A DNA stretch of 63,010 bases, counting the filler, from Collodictyon triciliatum (Eukaryota): NCBI GenBank assembly GCA_043381765.1. It is 4 parts of 4 records of this genome, joined end to end, with 100 filler letters (N's around TTAATTAATTAA, not from the genome) between each part and the next. Parts side by side here need not be neighbours in the genome. Positions count along the whole stretch, not along the records: positions 21,833 to 43,487 come from JBHJMP010001180.1; 3 more parts are not named here. One strand, given 5' to 3'. Both the position numbers and the translations under genes were made by a program. Numbering within the stretch: position 1 is the first letter of the stretch; each line of letters starts with the position of its first letter. Below are positions 21,967-38,621 of this stretch, piece after piece. The notes below the pieces were generated by a model. It saw nothing but the letters and a program-made list of their open reading frames with translations. It ran no database searches and had not been told where the DNA came from.

Positions 21967-24081
21967 ATGGATAAGGCTGCACGAGGGGAAAATGTAGAGC
22001 GTGTGCCAGTCTGGATCATGAGACAAGCTGGTCGTTACCTTCCTGAGTACCGTCAGCTCATGAGAGACAAAGAATTCTTCCAGGTGAGGACAATTTCGAA
22101 TTTTGCCAAAATATCTTTCTGGTCTCGAAAAATAGCCAAGTCGCCTTCTCATTCTTGTAGTATCTGATTTTGTGGTGAGAAAAAGAAAAGGAAGCAAACC
22201 CAATTATATGTGGCATATTTTTTTTTGAAAAGTTAAGCCAAACTGTGGTGCTATGATATTTATTCATAGATTAATATTGGATTTTCTTGATATGAAGTAG
22301 TTTTTCATAATTAATCATGAAATTTCATCATAAAGAGATGTTGAATTGCAACCACACAGTTATATATCATTTCTATGTCTTTTTACTTGTAATGCAATAT
22401 ACAACGGAAGAAATGACATTTCATATTGTAATATTTTCCCTAAAAAATAATAATCAGGCATGCAGAACCCCCGAGATTGCGAGTGAAATCACCCTTCAAC
22501 CAATCAACCGATTCCCACTGGATGCAGCCATCATATTCAGTGACATATTGGTTATCCCCCAAGCGATGGGAATGGAAGTGAAGGTCGCATTCCTTATATA
22601 TATATTATTGATTTGATGTTGTTTATGGTGAGATTTTACAAGCTCATCTTAATTACCTCTGTACCGAGCAAAACATCTCACACTTAACTGTGTCCCTTTT
22701 ATCGCCTACCCGTTATTATGAATTATTTTTATTTTATTTTGCAGTAATAGGTTTCTTATACCTGAAATATATAGAAATTCGATAAAATAACAAGAACTTC
22801 GATATTCACTGTTTTACATGAATCTTATTATCAGATGGAGAAAGGGTCTGGTCCTCATTTTCCATCTCCCCTGGTATCACCAGCAGATATTGAAAAATTG
22901 ACCCCAGCGGACCAAATAGACGTCAACAAGTCTCTTGGCTATGTCTTTGAAGCCATCACTATGACCAGACAAAAACTTGGCGGGAAGGTTTTGCCTCTTA
23001 CAATTAATGTCCTCTCAATGTCTCCCTTCGCCAATAGTACTGCTATTATTCGTACATACATATGTCGCCAACGAACATGGGTGGATACCACTTATATTGA
23101 AACTATCAATTCAACCATCTACTTCTCGCCGTCATATTTATCTCAATAGCTTTTATGCCCTTTTGCAGGTTCCATTGATAGGATTCTGCGGTGCTCCGTG
23201 GACGTTGCTTGCTTACATGACGGAAGGGAGTGGTTCTCGTCTATACTCTGTGGCCAAGACGTGGTTGTATCAGCACACCAAAGAATGCCACCAAATTCTT
23301 CAGCGTATCACTGACGTTGCCGTGGATTATCTCGTTGGTCAAGTGCTCGCTGGTGCTCAGGCCTTACAAGTCTTTGAATCTACTGCGGGTGAACTTAGTC
23401 CTGACGCTTTCAATGAATTCTCTCTTCCATATCTGAAGCAAATATGCGAAAGGGTGAAAAGTAAGCTTATTGAAATCAAAAGGACCAATCCCGAGCTTCT
23501 CCATGTAATTTATTCATATACATACTATACATTTCATGGAATCACCAAAAGCACTATGTTCTATGCAGAGATTGTTTCTTTCATAAGAATCGTTCTAAAC
23601 GACCACAAGATGGTTGACAGATATCTTAGCTGGGACATTTTTCTTCTTCTCTTCTATGGCAGTGATATTATTCCATAGACACTAGTGATTACTATTTTAT
23701 TTGCAGGATGAATCATTGCCGCCAATGATTGTGTTTGCCAAGGGAGCCCATTATGCGTTTGGGTCTTTGGCCAACAGCGGATACGATGCCATTTCGGTGG
23801 ACTGGACCGTATCACCTGCAGCTGCTCGACAGCAAACGGCATTTTCCATCACTCTACAGGGAAACATGGACCCAGGGCTGTTGTTCGGGCCAGAGGATTT
23901 AATCCGCAAAGAAGCTCGCCGTATGGTTGACGGGTTTGGGCCTCAGAAGTTAATCGGCAATCTAGGCCATGGAATGCACCCTTCGCACGACCCCGCCAAG
24001 CTTGGTGCCTACATCGATGAAATTCAAAAGTACTCCAAGGCCCTGGTAGAGAAGCAGTCAGCCAGTAAGGAGCCATCATAA
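21967..24081 (+). CDS. UROD: Uroporphyrinogen decarboxylase; the 5' end may lie in the upstream gap
   Basis: Motifs [54 protein letters not shown] and NLGHG. Five phase-consistent exons. Confidence 0.97.
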
Positions 24082-24379
24082 AAATAAAAAATAAATAAAA
24101 ATAGCAACCTTCGCTTTGAAGGAGAGCAAACCTAGCGTTGCCGTGTTGCTCTCGTTGTATGTCGTGGTCGATTCGTACATCTCGCTTAAACTGCATGCCA
24201 GGATGTGTTGGTGTGTAGCAATATCTTCTGGTAATATACCTCCAAAACAAAAAAGAAGTATCGAATAACGGGAAAAAAAAAACAAAAAGCAAGTATCAAA
24301 CAAAAGGAAAAAAAATAAAAAGCAAGTATGACCAATATGGGGGTTCTTTTTGTCTTAGTGGCGAATAACTGTATTTTCC

Positions 24380-24417
24380 GCTTACCTCGCTACACTTTGA
24401 ATCGAATAAAGGAAAAA
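24380..24417 (+). mobile_element. 38-nt A-tailed micro-insertion flanked by a perfect 16-bp direct repeat
   Basis: AATAACTGTATTTTCC occurs at 24364-24379 and 24418-24433. The core ACTTTGAATCGAATAAAGGAAA recurs at 27322 (+) and 12044-12065 (-). Confidence 0.65.
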
Positions 24418-24977
24418 AATAACTGTATTTTCCACTTTATCACGAATTGGCTCGATCATCCGAATGGGAAATTCGTTACGTTTCGATCAGAGGTAAAAGC
24501 AAAAAGCAACGAATCTTGTGCTCTATCGATTGACAAGAATCCCCAACCCAACGCCAAGGCTGCTTTGCTGCGGCCGGGGCTGTGCCATCTTCTCGCAAGA
24601 CAGTAAATATCGCAACCCTATCGATCATGCACAAGAGAGGCCTGAAAAGAGGAGCTCTCTGTATTCATCATATTCACAAGCATAAGAAAAAAAGAAAAAA
24701 AAAAGAAAAGCTTCGATGCGCCAAGAATTTTGCAGTAGCGAAAGCTCTAGAGGTTCTCCTATTTTCTTCTTTCTTTCTCCTTTTCCTCTGCCTCATCCTC
24801 AAACAGCAACAACTGTGCAGACTCACTGAAAGGAAAAGTCTGTCAGGATCACCGAGGAAAAGACAACATTCTCTTTCGCTCAAGCCTTGAATCTACATAT
24901 TTATGTGCTTTTAATAGGAACCCGGTCACACACAGACACCAAAGTACGCAACCACACACCCCAAAGTTTCTTCAAGC

Positions 24978-27900
24978 ATGAACCTTTCTCGCACAAAGCC
25001 AGTTTCTTCAGGGTTACCAAAAGACACAAAGAAGAAGAAAAAGAAGATCCCGAAACTCGAAGATTTGATCGCCACCCGCGACTACCTTGGAGCCACTACT
25101 TTGCTAGAGGTATGTTTTTTTTCTCCTCTATCGCCTCTTGGTGATTTCTTCGTCTTATTTGATATTCTGAATTAAACTGGATGAAAGTGGAGATTTGGCA
25201 AACTCAAATGAGCTTATCTTCTCCCTCTATTAATTGAATCTTTATGCAAGTATTTGATATTTTCGAACCATTCGAGCGTATAGAGTATATGATGAAATAA
25301 ATATCTGTGAAAACCATATATGACGATCAAAACTATATCACTATTCAGAAGCGAAGGCCTGTTTGATGAAATGATTAGAGACGCAGCAATAATAAACCAT
25401 ATTTGATGAATAAATACCGTTTAGTTCCAAAAAGCCACAAAAGAGGGAGATGATAAGATTCTCCTTTGGTTGGCTTACTCTGCCTTCCATTTGGGCGACT
25501 TCAAGAAGGCACTCAAGGTAGGAATTTTTTTCGGTGCCCTATTGAGAGAAAATAGACAGGAAACGATAAAATGATAATGAATTAATGTCCCCAATCAGCT
25601 AGTCTCAAGCATGATGTGTAATTTTAGATTTATTGTCCTTACATATAATTAAAATAATCATATAGACCTATCAAGATCTACTTGCAATCCCAAACACTGA
25701 CCCAATTGTCCATGTATACGTATCTTGCTGCTATTTTTACATGGGAATGTATAAAGAGGCTGAAGAGGAGGCTAACAAAGGTATATTATGTTTACAATAA
25801 ATTTCCTTCCAAATTGATGATTCATTTGAATACCCTCAACAACTGCTTGCCTTTTTTTTTTTTTTTTTTAAGAAAACAAATATGTGGTACGTATTCCTTT
25901 TAAAAATTTCGGTTATGCTAGGACCGGAGTGCTCTCTACAGAATCGAATATTATTTCACATCGCCCATAAAATGAATGATGAAAATAAGTTGATGGGTCA
26001 TCACCAAAAGCTGGAAGATACAATCGAGGACCAGGTCTTATTACTAGATTTTTTTATTTGGATATCTATCCAAATGCATATTCCAAACACAACATGCTCA
26101 TAGGTAAGGGAATACAGAAAGAAACTAAACCATCTCCACCATTAGTTGTGTTTATCTTCAATTCACTGTCTTCGAAGCCACTACCAGGAAGCCATAGACA
26201 TTTATAAGAGAATTCTACTGGAGAAGAGAGAATTCCTAGCCTTGAATGTATACGTGGCTATGTGTTATTACAAGCTGGATTATTATGATGTGTCGCACGA
26301 GGTTTTGGGAGTGTAATGATACCAACACTTCGTTTAAATTTTATTCATTTCTTTTTGTTATGATAATTCTGTTGCATTTTTTCTCGAATAAGTATTTCAT
26401 TCTAGTGAATCAGAACACATTGCATATAATCTGTTTACATAATACCCTTTTTTCTCTCTTCTTTTCAGGTATCTGCAGCAGCACCCAGATAGTGGCATAG
26501 CACTCAACCTGAAAGCGTGCAATCACTTCAGATTATACAATGGTAAAGCAGCAGAAGCAGAGATAAAAGAATTTCTAGATTCTTCGAGTTATTCACATGC
26601 AAGTGCACAGGATTTGATGAGGCACAATATGGTTTGTAATGGTTACATTAGACTCCCTTTTCTTTTTTCTGTCTCTATTTCTCTCCTTTATTTTTTCTTG
26701 GAATGAGAGACAAAAGGGGTTCGGTAGTTATAATCTGTAATTTTCAATCTCACTTTATCTAGTCATTTGTTGTGATACATGTACTACTTAGCTATCTAAT
26801 CTTTTACAACAGGTGGTTTTTCGAAATGGAGAAAATGCCCTTCAAACACTCGCTGCACTTGTTGATGTAATCCCTGAAGCACGATTAAACCTCGTAATAT
26901 TTCATTTGAGAAATGAAGAGTTCCAGGAGGCCTATGAGCTGATGAAAGACCTGGAGCCAACAACACCGCAGGTGAGCTAACTTTGCACAAAAAACATAAA
27001 TGAGTATATTAACTAATACTACTGTTTCATTCTGGTGAACAGGAGTATATTCTGAAAGGAGTCGTACATGCTGCTATCGGTCAACAAACAGACTCCAGAG
27101 ATCATCTAAGGACAGCACAGCAGTATTTTCAGCTGGTTGGAGCTTCGGCCAGTGAATGTGATACTATTCCTGGGAGGCAGTGTATGGCGCAATGTTTCTT
27201 TCTTCTGAAGCAGTTTGAGGACGTCTTAATTTACTTGAATTCAATCAAGGTGAGCAAACTACCAACAAGTATGCGTATTATTTTATTACAGTCGGATTTT
27301 TTTTTATTCTATCTGGATCATACTTTGAATCGAATAAAGGAAAAAAAATTCTATATGGGTCATTTTATTTTGAAATGAAAATGTAATTATACATTTTTTT
27401 CTTCTTTTTTAAATATCAGAGCTATTTTTACAATGATGATGACTTCAACAACAACCTTGGAGTGGCCAAGGCAGCAACTGGAGCCTTTAAAGATGCGGAA
27501 GAAACGTTCCTCCTCATCCAGAATGAAAGATATAAGTTGGAATACCACTATCAGGCTTGGCTTGCTCGTTGCTGTAATTTTTTCTTTTCCTCTATTCATT
27601 TATCGCATGCAAATATGTTAATTCACTGGTGTAGGTATGTAAAAATCAAAACCATTCACTTATTATCCTTATTCAATCTTTACGAATCACCCTAGACATT
27701 ATGAATGGAAAAGCACGACTTGCATGGGAACTTTATTTAAAAATGGAGACATCTGGAGAATCATTTAGTATTTTGCAGTTGATAGCTAATGATTGCTATA
27801 AAGTATCACTCATTTTCCACTTGCCTTGTCCAGCCTTCAAAAATATTCACTTTTATTTTTTTTCTGTCAAAGATAACATAAATTGACACAATTAATCACC

Positions 27901-28496
27901 TTACGGCTTCTTCGATTTCATTTTGCGAATCGATAGTGACGTTTTGATATTCTTTTCTCATCGTCTACTTATAAAAAACAGGTCGGTGAGTTCTATTATT
28001 CCGCGAAAGCTTTCGATGTGTTGGAGCGACTGGACCCAAATCCCGAGTACTGGGAGGGAAAAAGAGGCGCTTGTGTGGTGATTTTTTTTGTTTTGGTTTT
28101 GTCTACGATGCCCCATTTATTGCACGTTTTGCTGTGAGTATGTTGATATTTTCTTTCTAAAATATGATTCTTGTTTCATGCTCACATACTCCACATCTAC
28201 TTACAGGGTGTCTTCCAACGTGTAATTGCCGGAAATGAGTCGAAAGAACTTTTGCGGGATGTTGTGAGTATGCTGCGGAATACTAACAACCCGCAGGTGG
28301 AATACATCATCCGCATAATCAAAAAATGGGCGAAGGAAAACGGTGTTCAGGTAACTCATTGTATTTCGGATTAATTTGTATGTTTGTGCAAAGAGGAGTT
28401 TTACTGTCTTGATAATCTGCCAAGTAAAATATATCTCCAAAGGATGAAATTATCACTTTTAATATTTGCGACACAAATCATCAGGTGGGCCAGTGA
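24978..28496 (+). CDS. IFT56: Intraflagellar transport protein 56 (TTC26/DYF-13), multi-exon
   Basis: Motifs MNLSRTKP...[102 protein letters not shown] and [16 protein letters not shown]. The 3' end is at either 28374 or the mini-exon 28485-28496. Confidence 0.95.
27322..27347 (+). mobile_element. 26-nt A-tailed micro-insertion in an IFT56 intron with a degenerate 16-bp direct repeat
   Basis: ATTCTATCTGGATCAT (27306-27321) versus ATTCTATATGGGTCAT (27348-27363), 14/16 identical. The insert is identical to 24394-24419. Confidence 0.6.
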
Positions 28497-29018
28497 GCCA
28501 TTTCGACAAAAATAAATCGCGAGAACAAAAAAAAAAAAAAAGAAGCTGGGGATAGCTCTTCTCTTTCAGAAGAATTAAACGGGAGGAACTGGTGAGGGTG
28601 GTGAGGGGCGGATGCGAAACCTAAAAAAAACAAAAGCAAAAAAAACAAAAGGAAAAGGAAGAAAGGAAGAAAGCAAAAAGCAATCTGCTCCACCCTTTTC
28701 CGGATTTGATCATTACATGAAAACGGACTAAAGAGGATAATATTTGTGGCTTAGCGAGGATAGCACTGGGATAGCGTCCCCGGTGCCGAGCGTCCAGCAA
28801 ATCACCTGCGACCGGATGCTTGAGCTTGGGCGCAGAGATTCACCGCGAAATCTTGCAGACCTCTCCAACCTTTGGCTTCGAGAGCGCAAAAGAAGAAAAT
28901 AGACGCAAAAAGAAGAAGAAAATAGACGCAAAAAGGAGCAGAAGAAAACAGACACACACGAAGTAAACAAACACGAAGCAGATAAACAAGATAAAACACG
29001 CACAAGACCAGCACCGAG

Positions 29019-32000
29019 ATGGACGGCGCAGGAATCGACGATCAGCAGCCCAAGAAGAGACGCACAGGCTTCTCAGACGGACCAGGGGACTCGGACTTTG
29101 AGAGTGGCCGCGACTGGGTGTGTGAGCGCTCTTTCCTGCCCTTGCCTTCCCTATGACCCAACCGCACCCGTGTGTGAGCAATCTTTCTCGCCCCGCTCTG
29201 TGTGCAGGCACCCAACGACAAGAAAGCCTCGCTTGAGTCTCAACGCTACAACGCAGTCCCGCCGCCCGGCCACCACAGTCGCGAGCAAAGAGCCCAACGG
29301 TTCCAGGAACCACAAGGTCTGCTCCTGCATGCAAACCTCTTTTTCTCACACACAGCCCAAGCAACAGCCTCGGCTACCGTCGCCCCCTTATGCGTTTTCG
29401 TGTCTTGTTTGTGTGTAGTTTCTAAGCCTATTTTTTTTTTTTTTCTGTGATTCCGCCATCTTGTCTCGTCTCTTCATTCCATCTGCTTTCACGTGCGTGT
29501 ATTTGGTTGGGAATAGCCCCATTCGCACTTATTTTAGTCGGATCACGTATTTAACAAATATTCGCGCCGTAAACGTCTCCTTGGCTGTGGGCGGCTTTAG
29601 ATGCAAGACAAGGTCAACATGGGGAGGAAGGAAGACAAAGCCATAGTCATGGCCACAGGGGCCCTAGCTCCCGTGTTGATATTCCTTTCCGCACATACCC
29701 TGAAGTCGACTTTTTGGGTAAGCTATGCTTGTTTTTTTTTTTTTTTGTTACGTTTTATTAATGGAACAGCGTCGGTATCATTTGCCAGCCACTTTGTCTT
29801 ATCTAGATGGATATAGCATCATACTCACCAATCGACCTATCGTTCATAACACTCCTATCTTACTCTCTCTACAGCGCTTTCTTCATTTTTTGCATTCATT
29901 TTTTGAAATGATCTCAGTATGATTTTACAATTCATGAACCATGTATTGAAAGCGAGGTTGTTTAATATGCAGAACTACTGAAGACAGAGTCCTCAACTCT
30001 TCGCTTCATGGAATCTGATACCAAATGCCAAATAATCCTGAAAGGCAGAGGATTTGAAAGAGTGAAGACATTTTTTTCTTAAATGTTACTGGGACCTTCT
30101 GAATATTTGCTTGTGTGCTGTGTCAAAACCAACTGTTCTATCCCAAGACTGTCTGCTAACTGTCTTTTTTTTTTTTTTTATTTGCAGCCCGAAACCACCG
30201 ATGAAGATATGCACATTATCATCAACGGTCCTGATTACTCTACAGTGGGGGATGCCAAGTCTGACCTATTGATGTTTTTGAATGACACCCAAGTTCATCA
30301 ACGATTCAAAGGTAATAAGAATAAATCAGGGGTATCTAACCTATTGTATACCGAAAACGGCTTTAGATTCGTTACCTCCCAATATACACTACAGAAATAA
30401 GAGCCCACACAAATGTATCGGGCACACATTTTTCATTTTCATTTCTCAAGTTAACTTAAACGCATACTAAATACTAAGATATTTCTCCATTCGTTTTTTT
30501 TCCCTTCATTTTTCGCTATTTTCAATCTTGGAAAAGTGCGTCAGGCCCCACGATTTACCTCTGCTCCTACCTCAGAGAATGAGACACCCATCTGGTACTA
30601 TGTCAGCAAACAGACAAACGAGCAAGTTGGTCCTATGACACTTAGCAAGATGCGCTCTCTTTACGGATCACGCGAAGTTGACGACAATTCTTATGTTTGG
30701 AATGACAGCATGGACGGCTGGAAATTCATTCACCAGCTACCGGACTTGAAGAGAGATTTACAAAACGGACCCTCATCCAAATCGACATCGGATTCGGTAA
30801 TTGTATGTATTCCTAATCGAGTTGTCGGTCTTTTTATTGGAAAAGGTGGAGCACACATAAAGGACTTTGAGATGAGATATGGAACGAAGATACAGCCCCA
30901 AAAAGAAGCAGACATGTTTCCTGGAACTCAAGAAAGAGAACTCACTATAGTTGGCCCGCCCCAAAGCGTTGATGCGACAAAGCAAGGGATTCTCTCTTGG
31001 GTTGCTGAGGTGATGGTGCATACATATTTGGTCACCTCCCCTGAATTAATATTTCTTTCCCATTTTAAATCCTAAATTTTTAAGTCTTTTCAGAACTGCG
31101 TGCATATATTATGAATAGACAATGAGTGTCCAACAACATCGTAACCATAGCCTTATGCGTATCCACTGCAGGTGTGCGACAAAGGTCCAGGTCAAGGCCC
31201 ACCTTCCTCTGGTACTGGGGGCTATCGCTCGAATGCAACACCTGGAGCTGAAGTTGTTCAAGTCCCCAACTCGGTGATTGGTTTTCTTATTGGAAAGGCT
31301 GGTGCAAAAATCATCGAACTACAAGCCAAATCCGGTGCCAAAATCCAAACTGGTAAAGACAGCGAATCCGACCCAGTAGCAAACACTAGGCCAGTGTATA
31401 TCTCTGGGGAACCTCAACAGGTCGCTGCTGCCAAACAATTAGTACATGAGACAATATCAGAGGTTGGTATTATCGCGGCATCATTTTTTTTTTTAATTAT
31501 GGATGGATAGATGTTTGGTAGATGATACAACTAAAACCCAACTATGTAGGCAAACCAGAGGAGTCAAGGCTCTGGCGGAGGGAGCTCGTATGGGCCTAAT
31601 GGAGGCCACAGTGGCTCGTCATCAGAAGAGCTTATGGTGCCAGGGACAGCTGTGGGGATGATTATTGGGAAAGGGGGATCAAAAATTCAAGAGTTACAGT
31701 CGCTCACGGGAGCCAAAATCCAGCTCGTAACCACCTTTAACCCTCCAAACAGCGCTGCTGATCGACCCTTCACAATTACTGGAACACACGACCAGCGACA
31801 GCGAGCAAAACAGATGATTCATGAATTGATAAACGAGGTAATAGTCCAGCAGCATCACCATTGTATACCTGATATATTCAACTTTATTGTAGTCCACGAA
31901 AACTTTTAAGGAAGCAAATCCAGTAGCAAAGAAATTCACAACCATGTTTTGTTTTGTTTTGTTTTGTTTTGTTTTGTTTTGTTTTGTTTTGTTTTGTTTT

Positions 32001-32574
32001 GTTTTGTTTTGTTTTGTTTTGTTTTGTTTTGTTTTGTTTTGTTTTGTTTTGTTTTGTTGATTCGGTCTATCGCTTCATCCTGATGAAGGAAATGGACTAA
32101 CCTATCCTTTTGCGCTACCAGAGAGCGGCCAGCCAAGCAACCCAAGCAAGCCCAAACCCAAGCCCAAATCGCTTCCAGCCCGGGCAACGTGGTGGATATG
32201 GAGGACGGGGAGGCCACCCCAATCAAGGATTTTCTCACCAACAATTCCAGCAACATCAGCATCAGCACCAACAACAGCATAACCAGTACCAGCCGCCAAA
32301 TCAATGGGGACAGCACGGACAACAGGCACAAGCCTACGGACAGGATTACCAGAATGCATATGCTACCTTCCAATACGGCAATTATGGAGCATACGCACAC
32401 AACACCACGCAGTACCCTGGCTATCGCTGGGACGGACAGGCCTGGGTGTACGACCCAACCACAGACCCGAACTATAGTGCGGCCGCCGACAAAGACAGCA
32501 CGGGCGGGAATGCGGCCGCTAATCCCCCGAAGCCTGATGAGGTCAATCCTCCACTGCCCCCTGGAAGCCCTTAG
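29019..32574 (+). CDS. Multi-KH RNA-binding protein (FUBP/KSRP-like) with an N-terminal SF1/KHDC4-type KH and a GYF_2 domain
   Basis: Three KH domains (IPNRVVGLFIGKGG, VPNSVIGFLIGKAG, VPGTAVGMIIGKGG). GYF_2 motif WYYV...QVGPMTLSKM...YVWNDSMDGWK. Upstream exons encode RVDIPFRTYPEVDFL...ESDTKCQIILKGRG...MHIII. Q/Y/G-rich tail. Confidence 0.8.
31946..32056. repeat. (GTTTT)n microsatellite, intronic
   Basis: Seen directly in the sequence. Confidence 0.95.
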
Positions 32575-33499
32575 GCCACGCTGGTGACAACGAATCTGAG
32601 ACTCATGACGTCTGTCCGAGGTTATGCTTTTCCCATATTTTTGTTGTTCGATTGGCAGAATGAAAACAAATACCTGCTCGCTCACCACCGAATCAAAAAA
32701 CCTTATCATTTCGCTTCTTTTCTTCTATCTCCTTCCGCCATTTTCTCATCTGGCATTGAAGGGGAATAACCTGCACTCAACTCATATCCTTTTTGATGTC
32801 TGTCTGGCTGCAGCTTTTCCTCTCTTTTCCTTTTCTCGCACGACAAAGGCAGCCTAAATATCACCTATGATTCATACAGCAACCGAAGCACTAATCTGAA
32901 AGAAGATTTCTAAATTTCCCACTCGTGAGACTCTTTTTTTTTTTTTCCCCGCCTCCCCTATTCTTTTTCTTTAAAGCCTCTCTTTCTGATGCGTTTTCTC
33001 CTTTCGCACTAATGAAGACAAAGAGCCCAGTCCATCTCTCCACACGATAAGCCTCGGCTGTTGTAGTCTCTCAACCTCCCTTTGGCGCACAGCCACTCTG
33101 TTCTCTTTCGCCTCCACTTCATCACCGAACCCTGTTGTTTCCCTTCTGCCACAAACTCATCAGCCCCTGCAGCAAGGAAGACGACGATGGATGATAAACG
33201 AAACGAACAAAAGCAACTATCTTTGGAAGAGGGAGAGGCTGCCTTGTCTCTCCTGCGAGCACTGTTCCCAAACGCACCCACGAAACGCGTTCGGTTCGTT
33301 CTCGCGGGTCTTCTCAATTCCCAGGCGCACTCTGCACAGAAACAAAGCACAGAGTCGGGGGAATGCGCGATTCACACACTCTGCGCATATCTTTCGTACT
33401 CCACTCGCTCTCGCTCAGCACTTAGATTGCAGTCATGTCCCGCTGAGAACAAACATGACCTAACTGCTCAACTGTTGAAACATAGTCTTGGTGAGTCGA

Positions 33500-38195
<4,696 letters not shown>

Positions 38196-38621
38196 AATGA
38201 GGCGCAGCTTGGAAGCTGAAATCTTTATGATAAAAGAAAACAAAGACAATACGAGGACCAAGAAAATTTATTTATTTATTTATTTTATTCCTTTTCAAAA
38301 AAGAGCTGTTAAAAACGAAAAATATCTATTTTTGCGTTGTTGGTACAATTAATTATTTATCATGGTGATATAAAATTCTATTTTTTTTTATCCTAACACT
38401 TTAAGAAAAAAAAAAGGAAGAAATAGTGAGAAATGAGTATCCATTCTTTTAGTGCGTACGATGCATATACACACAACTAATAATACCTGAATATCACCAA
38501 TCTCTGACATTTGAATGCCTCGGTGGTGTATGACTGCGCGATCATCAGCATGATTCCACAGCGTTACATTCGATATACTTGGACAGATGAACCGTGATTA
38601 AAATATTATCAACATCCACGC

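Noticed and set aside
28885-28955. Short ~23-nt direct repeats (AAGAAGAAAATAGACGCAAA) as a CRISPR-like array
   Set aside because: Only 2-3 adjacent degenerate copies with no unique spacers, in a eukaryotic 5' UTR.
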